A stretch of 42,337 bases of DNA from positions 1 through 42,337 of the IMG/VR virus record IMGVR_UViG_3300042868_002047; one strand, 5' to 3'. Under the pieces are notes generated by a model. It did no database searches. It was given only the letters and a program-made list of their open reading frames with translations, and was not told where the DNA came from. Positions 25,850 to 35,848 of the stretch are shown here, one piece after another. The translations under genes and the position numbers were made by a program. The first letter of the stretch is position 1, and every line of letters begins with the position of its first letter. This stretch comes from a virus. Taxonomy: Duplodnaviria > Caudoviricetes.

Positions 25850-28291
25850 ATGCAAGAGTTGCTTTCGCAGGAACAGATTGAAGATCGCATGTACCTTGGC
25901 GGTATCGCTAGGGCAGAGGCGGGTATGGCTAACGCCGAGGCCCGTGGTGCAGCACATCAAAACCCATACGCTAAGGAGATTTTCCGTGACTACGTTATGC
26001 CTCTTGCTCAAGCCATCACAGCCGACTCAGTCTCAACCCAAGCCGGAGCACGGATGGCACATACCCGGCTTCTCCTTGGGTGCGACCCGGAGGCCGTTGC
26101 CCTTCTTGCTATACGGCATGCGCTTGGCATCCTACTCGGCCCAGCGCCCGAAGGACACCACACACTAGCCTACGGCATAGGCCGCACGATCAGCCGTGAG
26201 CTTGTGCTTAGCCAGTTTGAAATGCAGAACCCTGAGCTATACCATACGCTCAGCCGTGACTTCTCCCGCCGTATGTCTAAGGACGAGACGCACCGCATGA
26301 CTGTGTTCAAGATGCAGGCTGCACAGAACGGGATCAAGTTTACTGAGTGGCCTGTCGGTGCCTACAACCAAGTGGGCCTGTACCTGCTGGGGTTGATGGA
26401 GCAGGCAGGTCTGCTTGAGGTAGACAAGACCGAGATACGTGTGGGCTATAAGCGTAAGCAGCGTGCCGTAACTCTCAACCCTGACGTGCTGGAGCGGGTC
26501 GATCAGATCAAGGCTTACGTGTCCATTACCTCTCCGGTGTACGGGCCGTGCGTCGAGCCTCCAAAAGACTGGGGCTTTGGCATACGCGGCGGCTTCCATA
26601 CTCCCCGTATGAACATACGGAACGGTATGGTGCATGCCACTGCGGCTAGCCGTGACCTAGTGCGGGACACCGACATGCCTACTGTGTATGCTGCCATCAA
26701 CGGGCTACAGCGTACCGCATGGAAGATCAACACCAAGGTGCTTGACGCTATCTATGATGTCTCCCGTGCGTTCCACACTAAGGAGATTGTCAGCCTAGCC
26801 GATAGCCCTAAGCCACCAGTGCCCGAGTGGTTGACCAAGGGTAAGGATAAGTCTACGTTCACCGAGCAGCAGATGGCCGAGTTCCTTAACTGGAAACGTG
26901 CCGTTACTGACTGGCATACAGAGCGCAAGATCATAGGCTCCAAGTACGGTAGGTTCTACAGTGCTACCCGTAGTGCCGAGTTCTTCCGGCATTACCCTGC
27001 GATCTACTTCGTGTACTTTGCTGACAGCCGTGGCCGCTTGTATCCCATGACTACCGGCATTAGCCCGCAAGGTAGCGACCTAGGCAAGAGCCTGTTGCAC
27101 TTTGCCGAGGGCTACCCAGTGACCACCCCTGAGCAGGTGCTATGGTTCAAGGTACAGGGCGCTAACAAGTGGGGCTTTGATAAGGCTACCCTTGAGGACC
27201 GCGCCGCATGGGTAGACGAACGCAGCGACCTGATCCTCCAGTTTGCCGAAGACCCGGTCAACCACGTTGGCTGGACTGAGGCGGGTGACCCACTACAGTT
27301 CCTAGCATGGTGCTTTGAGTATCGTGACTGGTACTACGATGACGGTACGTTCAAGAGCCACCTGCCCATTAGCATGGACGGTAGCTGCAACGGGCTGCAA
27401 AACCTTAGCGCCATGTTCCGGGACAGTGTAGGCGGCAAGGCCACCAACCTGACCAACAACGCAGTGATGGAGGACATATACGCTAACGTAGCCAAGGCTG
27501 CTGAGAAGCGTCTGCGTGCTATGGTGTTCACCGAGGAACCGCAGCAGAAGGCTCAGGCTATGTGGCTAGCGCATGGCATCAACCGCAAGGCAGTCAAGCG
27601 GGCAGTGATGACCACACCCTACGGCGTTACCTTGCGTACCGCTACTGAGTACATCATTGATGACTACCTGCGGGAAGGGCTCGGACCTACGTTCGACAAG
27701 ACAGAGTACCGCGTAGCTGCCGCTGTGCTGATGAAGGCTGTATGGCCCGCCATTGGCGACGTTGTGGTTAAGGGCCGCGAGGCTATGGACTGGCTCAAGA
27801 AGTCTAGCCGGGTTATCGTCAAGGCCCTGCCCAAGAGTAAGGAGCCTGTCATAGCGTGGCGCACACCCTCAGGGTTCCCTGCTAGTCAGGCGTACTTTGA
27901 GCACAACGTCCACCAGATCAGTACCCACCTGCACGGACTGTCCCGCATCAAGGTGCTGAGCGAAACTGACAAGCCTGATGCTAACGCCCATGCCAGTGGC
28001 CTAGCCCCTAACTTCGTACACAGCATGGACGCGGCACACTTGCACCTTACTACCGCTGATGCTAGCCGGGCCGGTATCCCAGCCTTAGCTATGATCCACG
28101 ATGACTATGGTTGCCATGCGGCGTTCGCCCCACAGCTTTACGACATCATCCGTAAGCAGTTCGTGGCTATGTACCTAGGCTTCGATGCTATCGAGGCGCT
28201 GTGTGAGGACTATCCAGAGCTTAGCGCCCCGCCCAGCAAGGGTGATCTGGACATAATGGAAGTGTTGGAATCCCAGTACTTCTTCTCTTAA
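25850..28291 (+). CDS. single-subunit T7-like RNA polymerase
   Basis: DSRGRLY, PQG, DGSCNGLQ, RKAVKRAVMTTPYG, PNFVHSMDA, IHDDYG, C-terminal YFFS. Confidence 0.98.
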   Translation: MQELLSQEQIEDRMYLGGIARAEAGMANAEARGAAHQNPYAKEIFRDYVMPLAQAITADSVSTQAGARMAHTRLLLGCDPEAVALLAIRHALGILLGPAPEGHHTLAYGIGRTISRELVLSQFEMQNPELYHTLSRDFSRRMSKDETHRMTVFKMQAAQNGIKFTEWPVGAYNQVGLYLLGLMEQAGLLEVDKTEIRVGYKRKQRAVTLNPDVLERVDQIKAYVSITSPVYGPCVEPPKDWGFGIRGGFHTPRMNIRNGMVHATAASRDLVRDTDMPTVYAAINGLQRTAWKINTKVLDAIYDVSRAFHTKEIVSLADSPKPPVPEWLTKGKDKSTFTEQQMAEFLNWKRAVTDWHTERKIIGSKYGRFYSATRSAEFFRHYPAIYFVYFADSRGRLYPMTTGISPQGSDLGKSLLHFAEGYPVTTPEQVLWFKVQGANKWGFDKATLEDRAAWVDERSDLILQFAEDPVNHVGWTEAGDPLQFLAWCFEYRDWYYDDGTFKSHLPISMDGSCNGLQNLSAMFRDSVGGKATNLTNNAVMEDIYANVAKAAEKRLRAMVFTEEPQQKAQAMWLAHGINRKAVKRAVMTTPYGVTLRTATEYIIDDYLREGLGPTFDKTEYRVAAAVLMKAVWPAIGDVVVKGREAMDWLKKSSRVIVKALPKSKEPVIAWRTPSGFPASQAYFEHNVHQISTHLHGLSRIKVLSETDKPDANAHASGLAPNFVHSMDAAHLHLTTADASRAGIPALAMIHDDYGCHAAFAPQLYDIIRKQFVAMYLGFDAIEALCEDYPELSAPPSKGDLDIMEVLESQYFFS

Positions 28292-28295
28292 TCAA

Positions 28296-28313
28296 CTGCA
28301 CCTATACTATCGC
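28296..28313 (+). promoter_or_regulatory. putative phage RNAP late promoter (CTGCACCTATACTATCGC)
   Basis: Directly after the RNAP gene at the start of the structural module; repeated at 938, 9733 and 31505. Confidence 0.75.
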
Positions 28314-28508
28314 ATGAATAAAAATGATAGCGCCTTACCTCAGCGCGAGATAGTGCGGCTAACCGCCCCTGTCTACGCAGACCTTGAGAAGAAGTGCACC
28401 CCTCCACGGGTCACCGAAGCAACCACCGCGCACCATGCGGGGTACATGCTGGGAATCCAGTTTGTGCTTAAGCTACTGCGGGAGGGTTATGTCGTACAGG
28501 CTAGCTAG
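28314..28508 (+). CDS. small conserved-type late protein
   Basis: Y..LEK..PP.V......AGYMLGIQ.VL..LREG; first gene after RNAP as in phiKMV-like phages. Confidence 0.75.
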   Translation: MNKNDSALPQREIVRLTAPVYADLEKKCTPPRVTEATTAHHAGYMLGIQFVLKLLREGYVVQAS

Positions 28509-28935
28509 TCTACAAGACACGCAAGCCGTAGAGACTGCCTTCATTGCCCTAGAGCAAGCATCCCCTGCCTATGGCTATTCCCGAGCGCCTTCATGGCGTA
28601 AAGGTATGGCCCTATTCCAGCGGATGCTAGAGTCCCGTAACGCCTACATCCTAGACGAGCGCTACTTGCTGCTTGTGGCTGAGGGCGTTGCGTGGCATAG
28701 CTACGATACCTGCCTAGAAGAAGTGCTTGTCCTCAAGCTCAACGAGGGCCGGGGTATGCTACGAGTAGGCGCTGCTCTTGAGGCTATCGCCAGAGAGCGC
28801 GGTGTTAACTGCATACTGGCTAGCGATTCATCAATCAACTTCCGCATGGGGGCTGTCTATAAAAGGGCAGGCTTCAGGCCTATCACTATTACCTACTACA
28901 AGGAACTCTCATGGGACAATGGATCGCTAAGCTGA
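28489..28935 (+). CDS. GNAT-fold acetyltransferase-like protein
   Basis: RBS GGAGG before ATG 28489; YRLA...D, LEAIARERG, VYKRAGF. Confidence 0.7.
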   Translation: MSYRLASLQDTQAVETAFIALEQASPAYGYSRAPSWRKGMALFQRMLESRNAYILDERYLLLVAEGVAWHSYDTCLEEVLVLKLNEGRGMLRVGAALEAIARERGVNCILASDSSINFRMGAVYKRAGFRPITITYYKELSWDNGSLS

Positions 28936-29234
28936 CGGGGGACGACAAGACCCAAGACGCACAGAACCGCGCTGCTGAGAATCAGGCTATCGCCACCAAG
29001 GCCGCTGCTGAGAAAACAGCCAAGGCTACACAAGAAGCTGCGGCTCAGGCTACCCGTCAGATGGAGCTAGCCGCTACCCGCAACCGCGCCGAAATGGCTG
29101 CGGCTGAGCAGGCTAATAAGCCCGTCGAGAACGCTGACGTATTGCTCGATGCCCCTGCTGCTAATAGCGTTAGCACAGCCCGCAAGCGCAAGAGCCAGTT
29201 TGGTACAGGCTATAGCGCCGGGGTGAGTATCTAG
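28911..29234 (+). CDS. small virion protein before portal (T7 gp7.3-like position)
   Basis: RBS AAGGA; Ala/Gln-rich with basic C-terminus. Confidence 0.7.
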   Translation: MGQWIAKLTGDDKTQDAQNRAAENQAIATKAAAEKTAKATQEAAAQATRQMELAATRNRAEMAAAEQANKPVENADVLLDAPAANSVSTARKRKSQFGTGYSAGVSI

Positions 29235-29235
29235 C

Positions 29236-30756
29236 ATGGCCCGCTATGACACAGCGGCAGACTTCTGGACTAGGGCCGGGACTATTGCCGACAACATCAT
29301 AGACCGGGTTGAGCGCTACGCCGCCCTGACTATCCCTAAGGTGTGTCTGCCCGATGGGCTTGACGAGTCCACCGTAGACCAGTCGCACGACTACCAGAGT
29401 ATTGGCGCACAGGCTGTGAACCATGTGGTCAATAAGCTGATGCTGGCCCTGTTCGCACCAAGCCGCCCGTTCATTAAGTTGATGGCCGGTAAAGACACCA
29501 AGGCCGCAGCGGCTAAGGCTAACCTGACAGACGTGCAGCTTAACGAGGTACTCGCCAACGGTGAGCGCGAGGCGGTCAAGGAACTGGATGCTCGGGCACA
29601 GCGCCCCAAGCTGTACCAGATTCTGCGCCACCTAGTCGTTACAGGCAACGTCCTGTTGGTACTGGGTAAGAAGTCCATGCGTGTCATGGGCCTCAAGTAC
29701 TTCCGCGTTAAGCGTGACGTTGAGGGTGAGGTTATGACTATCTGCATCCGTGAGGATGTGGAGTTCTCCGAGCTTGACAAAGCTGTGCGTACCCTGCTTA
29801 GTAAGCAGTTTGTAGCGGAGACTGTAGTAGCGCATTACCGCTACATCACCCGTGACGAGCATGGCTACTACGTCATGCGGCAGTATATCAACAACACCCT
29901 GTTGCCTAAAGAGTTTAACGGCCGGTGGACGGCTGAGAAGCTACCATACCGTGTACTAACATGGGACTTAGCTGACGAGTCTGACTATGGGACTGGCCTA
30001 GTCGAGGAGTACATTGGCGACCTTGAGGCACTGAGCACCCTGTCAGAAGCCGTTGTCGATGGCTCTGTCTTGGCCTGCGAGGCTCGCACATTGGTTAACC
30101 CTACGGGGATGACTAGCGTAGAGGACATTAAGAACTCCGTGAATGGTGACGCCGTAGCCGGTACGCCTGCCGACATTGCCTCTGTGCAACTTGGCCGGGC
30201 CGACGGTGTACAGGTAGCACAAAGCGTAAGCTCTGACTACGAGAAGCGCGTAGCCCGTGGCTTCCTTATGGGCAGTGCCGTGATCCGCGATGCGGAACGT
30301 GTGACCCAAGAGGAAGTGCGCCTAACCGCTAACGAGCTTGAGACTGCGTATGGTGGTGTCTATAGCACCCTCGCCGCTAGCTTGCAGCTACCCGTTGCTG
30401 GCTGGTTGTTTGCGTCCATCGGTATGCCGCTGGCTAGCACAGACATCAAGATCACTATTGTCACAGGGCTCGACGCACTTAGCCGTAACGGCGACTTAGA
30501 GAACTTCCGGCTAGCGATGGCCGACCTTGCTACTATCAGCACCCTGCCAGAGACTTTACAGATCAGGCTTAAGATGGGTGACATCGCTACCTTTATCGGC
30601 CAAGGCCGTGGGGTAGACATGAGCAAGTTCCTCAAGAGCGAAGAAGAAGTACAGGCTATGCTACAGCAACAAGCACAACAACGTGCCGCAGAAGCTGCCG
30701 CCACACAAGCTGGCGTTACCGCCGCACAACCACAAGAAGGACCACCCGCACAATGA
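29236..30756 (+). CDS. portal (head-tail connector)
   Basis: YQSIGAQAVN.....L.LALF, LVVTGN, YGTGLVE, RDAERVTQEE. Confidence 0.96.
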   Translation: MARYDTAADFWTRAGTIADNIIDRVERYAALTIPKVCLPDGLDESTVDQSHDYQSIGAQAVNHVVNKLMLALFAPSRPFIKLMAGKDTKAAAAKANLTDVQLNEVLANGEREAVKELDARAQRPKLYQILRHLVVTGNVLLVLGKKSMRVMGLKYFRVKRDVEGEVMTICIREDVEFSELDKAVRTLLSKQFVAETVVAHYRYITRDEHGYYVMRQYINNTLLPKEFNGRWTAEKLPYRVLTWDLADESDYGTGLVEEYIGDLEALSTLSEAVVDGSVLACEARTLVNPTGMTSVEDIKNSVNGDAVAGTPADIASVQLGRADGVQVAQSVSSDYEKRVARGFLMGSAVIRDAERVTQEEVRLTANELETAYGGVYSTLAASLQLPVAGWLFASIGMPLASTDIKITIVTGLDALSRNGDLENFRLAMADLATISTLPETLQIRLKMGDIATFIGQGRGVDMSKFLKSEEEVQAMLQQQAQQRAAEAAATQAGVTAAQPQEGPPAQ

Positions 30757-31490
30757 CCGATCCCGTAGCTAACCAAGAGTCAAGCCCTACGCCAGCAGTG
30801 GTCCCTACCCCGCTGACCCTTGACGTTGCGCCAGTAGTTCCCGCTACCCCAGCAACACCAGACCCTGCCCCTAGTGAGCCTTCCGGTGAAGTAGTCTACG
30901 AGCCTACTGGTGATCGTGGACTGGATATGGCCCTTGCCTTTATCGGTAAGCAGGGCTTCCCCGGGGACCACCCGGCAGTACAGGCCGCAGCCGAGGGGGA
31001 CTTCTCCTTGCTGAAGGCCGAGCTTGCCGCTAAGGGCGTGCCCGGTTACGCCGAGTTCTTGGAACTGGGTGAGCAGGCATATGCCCGTACCCAAGAGAAG
31101 AACAAGGCTACGGCTGAGTCTGCCCGCAAGGCAGTGCATGATGTAGTTGGCGGTGAGGAAAGCTGGAAGGCTGTCCAAGCATGGGCCAGCGCTAATGCTA
31201 CTCCTGAGGAGAAGGCTGAGATTAACGCTCAGCTATCTAAGGGCGGTCTTGCTGCTAAGGCTGCCGCCACCTATCTCGCTAACGCTTACAGTAAGGCAAA
31301 CAACGTGACCCAAGAACCCAAAGACGTTACTAACGGTAGCGCCAAAGCTCCGGCATCTGACGGTAAGCTCTCCGCTGCGGAGTACGCTAAAGAGGTTAAC
31401 GCCTTGAACATCAAGCTGCGCGGTCGCCTTGACGGTAGCCCTGAGTATGCTGCTTTGCAGACCCGCCGCCTTGCGGCAATCCCTCGCTAA
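30753..31490 (+). CDS. scaffolding protein
   Basis: Between portal and capsid; Pro-rich N-terminus; VGGEESW..V.AWA. Confidence 0.88.
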   Translation: MTDPVANQESSPTPAVVPTPLTLDVAPVVPATPATPDPAPSEPSGEVVYEPTGDRGLDMALAFIGKQGFPGDHPAVQAAAEGDFSLLKAELAAKGVPGYAEFLELGEQAYARTQEKNKATAESARKAVHDVVGGEESWKAVQAWASANATPEEKAEINAQLSKGGLAAKAAATYLANAYSKANNVTQEPKDVTNGSAKAPASDGKLSAAEYAKEVNALNIKLRGRLDGSPEYAALQTRRLAAIPR

Positions 31491-31504
31491 GCCTGCTTAG
31501 TCCA

Positions 31505-31522
31505 CTGATCCTATAATACAAA
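31505..31522 (+). promoter_or_regulatory. putative phage RNAP promoter of the capsid gene (CTGATCCTATAATACAAA)
   Basis: Variant of the CTGnnCCTATAmTA motif in the intergenic gap before the capsid gene. Confidence 0.65.
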
Positions 31523-31571
31523 AGTACCCTCCTTGAGGGTTGAGTATTTTCACACCTTAAGGAGTAGGCAT

Positions 31572-32579
31572 ATGCCACTTGACGATAGCTATACCATTGT
31601 ACGCCCCGGCCAGAGTAACTCTGCTGGGGCAACCAACGCCCTCCACATTGAGGAGTACACCGGCGTTGTAGAAGCCACCATCGAACGCAAGTCGGTTATC
31701 AAACCGTTCGTGCCAGTGCGCCCTGTTAAGGGTACGTCGATGATCTCCAACTTTGCCGTTGGTGAGTCCAGCTTGCAGAAGGTCACCCCCGGTGGCCCAC
31801 CTCTGGACGGTACGCTCAACGACTTCGCCAAGCGCGTGCTGACCGTTGATACCCTGATCGCTGCCCGTAGCGCCTTCGCCTTGCTGGAAACATTCCAGAC
31901 CTCCTACGATGCCCGTAAGGAAGTCGGCATGGAGCACGGTAAGAAGATCGCTAAGTTCTTGGACCAAGCGTTCCTGATCCAAGCCATCAAGGCTGCTCAG
32001 TTCACTGAGTCTACCTACAAGGGCTCTGGCGCTTCTGGTAAGCCTGCTGGTCACTTCGGTGGTTCTCAGCAGACCTTGGCCTTGGCCGGCGATGCACTCG
32101 ATCCAGCTAAGCTGTACCAAGCCATCGCTGACCTGTTCGTCAAGATGGAGACTAAGGACGTTGATCCTCGCACCGATGACGTGATGATTGCTGTCAAGCC
32201 CGCTGAGTTCTATACTCTGTTGGCTAACGAGCAGTTGATCGACAGCACGTACATCACCTCCGAGGGCAACAGCGTTAAGGCGCACTTGCTCAAGGCTTAC
32301 GGTGTGCCTGTTATCAGCACCAACAACAGCCCTGCTGGCTCGGTTATCACCGGCCACTTGCTGTCCAACGCTGACAACAGCAACGCCTATGATGGCGACT
32401 TCTCCAAGGTTGTGGCCTGCGCCTTCTCGCCCCGTGCGCTGATGGCTGGTGAAACCATCCCCTTGCAGACTGACGTGTTCTACGACAAGCTGTACAAGCA
32501 GTGGTTCGTGGACGCCCACTTGGCCTTTGGTGTAACACCGAATCGCGCCGAGTACTCTGGCGTCATCCTGAAACCTTAA
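31572..32579 (+). CDS. major capsid protein
   Basis: RBS TAAGGAG; LHIEEYTGVVE, EHGKKIAKFLDQ; strongest codon bias; followed by a terminator. Confidence 0.96.
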   Translation: MPLDDSYTIVRPGQSNSAGATNALHIEEYTGVVEATIERKSVIKPFVPVRPVKGTSMISNFAVGESSLQKVTPGGPPLDGTLNDFAKRVLTVDTLIAARSAFALLETFQTSYDARKEVGMEHGKKIAKFLDQAFLIQAIKAAQFTESTYKGSGASGKPAGHFGGSQQTLALAGDALDPAKLYQAIADLFVKMETKDVDPRTDDVMIAVKPAEFYTLLANEQLIDSTYITSEGNSVKAHLLKAYGVPVISTNNSPAGSVITGHLLSNADNSNAYDGDFSKVVACAFSPRALMAGETIPLQTDVFYDKLYKQWFVDAHLAFGVTPNRAEYSGVILKP

Positions 32580-32590
32580 TAGGTTCCTAA

Positions 32591-32624
32591 GGCTTAGCCC
32601 TTCCTTAACTGGAGGGGCTTTGCC
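32591..32624 (+). promoter_or_regulatory. UU/UU-UAAY hairpin copy D
   Basis: GGC-TT-AGCCCTTCC-TTAACT-GGAGGGGCT-TT-GCC. Confidence 0.55.
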
Positions 32625-32642
32625 CTTAGCAACTTTTACCCT

Positions 32643-32676
32643 ACCCCAATCTCTTAACTGAGGTTGGGGTTTTTTT
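32643..32676 (+). terminator. intrinsic terminator after capsid gene (T-phi-like)
   Basis: ACCCCAATCTC-TTAACT-GAGGTTGGGGT followed by a T-tract. Confidence 0.9.
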
Positions 32677-32694
32677 CCATTTTTGGAGTACCTC

Positions 32695-33306
32695 ATGTAC
32701 ACTACACTGCAAGTCGTGAACGACTGCTTAGCCACTATGGGTGAGGCACCTCTCAACTCCCTTAGCGAATCCCACGGCTTCAAAGGTTCCGCACTCAGGT
32801 GCCTGCAACAGGTCGATAGACAAACGCAGTCGCGTGGGTGGTGGTACAACACTGAGGAAATGACGCTAACCCCTAGCCCTGATGACAAGTCCATCTACCT
32901 GCCCGGTGATGTGGCTCGGGTTAACTTCGGGTTCATTAGCGTTACTGGTCATAACTGCGGGCAGTGGCAAGGGCGCTATGTCCAACGTGGACGTAGGCTT
33001 TACGACGTGACCAAAGGCACCTACGAGATTGAGGAAACCCTCACCGCTCAACTGGTACGCCTTGTACCTTTCCCTGACCTGCCTCTCTGCGTTGCTGAGC
33101 TTGTTGCCGCTGAGACTGTGCTTAAGTTCCAGTCAGACTATGACGGCGATAACAACCGCAGGGCTGAGCTAGTGTCAGCCGTTAAGGATGCCCGCACATG
33201 GGCTAACTCAGAGGACATCCGGCAGCGTCGGGTTAACCTTTACAACATCAACACACGCCTACAGCGCATCAAGCGCGTAACCTCACGGGCGCGGTTCTCT
33301 TACTAA
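32695..33306 (+). CDS. tail tubular protein A (gp11-like)
   Basis: RBS GGAG; LQVVNDCLATMGEAP, QSRGWWYN, RGRRLYD. Confidence 0.93.
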   Translation: MYTTLQVVNDCLATMGEAPLNSLSESHGFKGSALRCLQQVDRQTQSRGWWYNTEEMTLTPSPDDKSIYLPGDVARVNFGFISVTGHNCGQWQGRYVQRGRRLYDVTKGTYEIEETLTAQLVRLVPFPDLPLCVAELVAAETVLKFQSDYDGDNNRRAELVSAVKDARTWANSEDIRQRRVNLYNINTRLQRIKRVTSRARFSY

Positions 33307-33314
33307 GGATTACT

Positions 33315-35840
33315 ATGAGAGCTTCTGGAAGTTATGAGAGCCTCATTCGTGGGGTGTCTCAACAAGTGCCCCATGACCGGGCCATCGGTCAGCACACTGC
33401 GCAAGTGAACATGCTGTCCGATCCGGTCAACGGCCTTACGCGCAGACACGGATCACAACTGGTAGCGGAGAAGAAGTTAACCTCCCTATCTGTTGCACAG
33501 TTTGCGGCGTATGCCCAAGACACTAACAGTTGGCGCACGCTGGAGGGTAGCTATAACCTTAATGACTACGTGGTGCTGTATCGCACCGCTGCACGTCCAG
33601 CCGGGGCCAGCCCCCTGCCTTTGATGATCGTCTACTGCAAAACGACAGAGACTTTCTTGACCCTGACACGCAATGCAGTTGACCCTTACCTCGACCAGCT
33701 TGAGGAGGGCGGTGTTAGCGCAGCATGTATCATAGGCCGTTATTTGTTCATGGCAGGTAACACTGTCATAACCCAAGGTAGTGACACGCCGAGGTGGAAC
33801 ACTCCCGATAACCTATCTAAGGCCGTGATCTGGATTAGGGGAGGTGCCTATGGACGCACCTTTACTGCCACGATCACGCAGACAGACGGGACTATTGTTA
33901 ACTACTCAGTAACGACCCCTGCTGCTACCTACCCCGGTACGTTGGACACGTCCGACATTCTGACCAGCGATCCAGACTACACCAAAAAAGTTAATGATCG
34001 TGTCAATGCCTACAACTCTGCCGTTAACGCTTGGATAGCATCAAGTACCTACGAGTCCCAGCCAGCTAACATGGCTAGCATAGGGGCCACTCAGCTTGCT
34101 GCGCTAGGTGTACCGGCTACGGCAGTAGGTAGCCACATCGTGTTCTCTGGTGTGCGTTCTATAAGCGTTAATGACGGCGGTGACGGTAGCCTTTTAAGAG
34201 GGGTGGCTGACGAGGTGGAGAGCGTAGAGAAACTTAGCCCGTTGCATTATGTAGGTAAGGTGGTTAAGATTAGGACGCGGCTCTCTGAGCAGGCGTTCTA
34301 CATGAAGGCTATCTCTAAAAGCCCGTCGATCACATCGGGTGTAACCGAGGTGACTTGGGTAGAGTGCGCTGGCCTAGAGTACTCAGTAGATCAAGCACTG
34401 TTCTTTGGAACGGTGGACAACGCTATTACCACAGTGTACTTGGCTAGCTCCCCTGCTTTGCTTAACACCCTGTTCCCCGGCGACCATCCCCAATATGCCA
34501 TAAGCGTAGCAGGGGATCAGGATAGCGCACCCATCCCGTATGTGGACAACCGCCTTATCACTTATCTAGGGTCATTCCAAGACCGGCTACTGATGGGTAG
34601 CGGTGGGGTTATCTTGTGCTCTAAGGTTGGGGATTACCTCAACTTCTTCCGCAGCACTGTGCTCAGTGTACCGGCAGATGACCCGTTTGAAATGAAGTCG
34701 CAAGGGCCTGATGATGACGTGCTGCGTCATAGTGTGCTGTATGACCAAAGCCTCGTAATCTTCGGAGACAAGCGGCAGTACGTCATTAGCGGTAAGGTGG
34801 CGCTAAGCCCGACCAATGCTAGCATGCCTGTCATGAGCGCCTATGCTGATGCAGCTATCTGCCCACCGCATGTGGCAGGTGGTCTAATCTTCTACGCTAA
34901 GAACGGGGAGCGCTTTGCTAGCGTCAACGAGATACAGCCGGGTCGCGGGTTACAGAATAGTCCTGAGTCGTTCCCAGCCAGTAGCCAGATTGATGACTAC
35001 ATGCTAGGTGCAGCCATCGAGCTTACCAGCAACGCTGAGCCTAGTACGTTGATAGTACGCACCACGGGCTCTCGTAACTCTGTGTACACGTTCTTCTACG
35101 TGGACCGCCCTGACGGGCGCAAGGTTGATGCGTGGAGTCGCTGGGACTTTGACCCGGCCCTCGGCCTAGTCATTGGCATGACGCCTACAGCCGAAGGAGT
35201 ACACCTGTACTACTTAAGGGAAGGGCACGATGGGGTGTACGTTGCGTGCGACCTTTGCCCTATGACGGTGGGCAAGTCTGACCGCCCTTACTTGGATAGT
35301 CAACGACCAGTCGCCGCGGTGATCGCAGGTACAGGCAGCGTACGAGGCACAACACCCGGGCCTTGGATGGCCGCGTATGACTACACCGCAGGTGAGTGCC
35401 AGTGGCTCGGTAGCACGTTAGCTGATGCAGGTGCGCTGGCTACAACCTACCCCGGAGTTACGGGCATGGTGATCGGTGCGCCGCAGATAGCTTACTTTGA
35501 GCCCACTAACCCCTACATGCGGGACGGCAACGGTAGTGCTATATTGTCGGGACGGTTAACCATCACCAGCATGCGTATTGCTACGGCTGACAGTGCAGGC
35601 TTTAAGGCAGTGGTCGATGTGGCAGGCACCCAGCAAACTATCTCCTTCACCGGCAGGGTAGTGGGCCAGCCCAACGCCATTGGCGTCGAGCACATAAGCA
35701 CTAACGAGCATACTGTTCCAATTGGGCGGGAGACTAGGGCGTACAGCCTGAGGCTATCCGCACGCTCATGGCTACCGTTTACGGTCACGGCTATCGAGTG
35801 GTCGGGTCAATACTTCAATCGCACACAGCGGTTTACTTAG
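33315..35840 (+). CDS. tail tubular protein B (gp12-like)
   Basis: LIRGVSQQ, NMLSDPVNGLTRRHG, FQDRL, AWSRW. Confidence 0.94.
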   Translation: MRASGSYESLIRGVSQQVPHDRAIGQHTAQVNMLSDPVNGLTRRHGSQLVAEKKLTSLSVAQFAAYAQDTNSWRTLEGSYNLNDYVVLYRTAARPAGASPLPLMIVYCKTTETFLTLTRNAVDPYLDQLEEGGVSAACIIGRYLFMAGNTVITQGSDTPRWNTPDNLSKAVIWIRGGAYGRTFTATITQTDGTIVNYSVTTPAATYPGTLDTSDILTSDPDYTKKVNDRVNAYNSAVNAWIASSTYESQPANMASIGATQLAALGVPATAVGSHIVFSGVRSISVNDGGDGSLLRGVADEVESVEKLSPLHYVGKVVKIRTRLSEQAFYMKAISKSPSITSGVTEVTWVECAGLEYSVDQALFFGTVDNAITTVYLASSPALLNTLFPGDHPQYAISVAGDQDSAPIPYVDNRLITYLGSFQDRLLMGSGGVILCSKVGDYLNFFRSTVLSVPADDPFEMKSQGPDDDVLRHSVLYDQSLVIFGDKRQYVISGKVALSPTNASMPVMSAYADAAICPPHVAGGLIFYAKNGERFASVNEIQPGRGLQNSPESFPASSQIDDYMLGAAIELTSNAEPSTLIVRTTGSRNSVYTFFYVDRPDGRKVDAWSRWDFDPALGLVIGMTPTAEGVHLYYLREGHDGVYVACDLCPMTVGKSDRPYLDSQRPVAAVIAGTGSVRGTTPGPWMAAYDYTAGECQWLGSTLADAGALATTYPGVTGMVIGAPQIAYFEPTNPYMRDGNGSAILSGRLTITSMRIATADSAGFKAVVDVAGTQQTISFTGRVVGQPNAIGVEHISTNEHTVPIGRETRAYSLRLSARSWLPFTVTAIEWSGQYFNRTQRFT

Positions 35841-35848
35841 GAGATAAC

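Noticed and set aside
31557-32894. 445-aa antisense ORF over the capsid gene
   Set aside because: It mirrors a strongly codon-biased gene, has no RBS or recognisable motif, and all real genes are on +; a typical shadow ORF.
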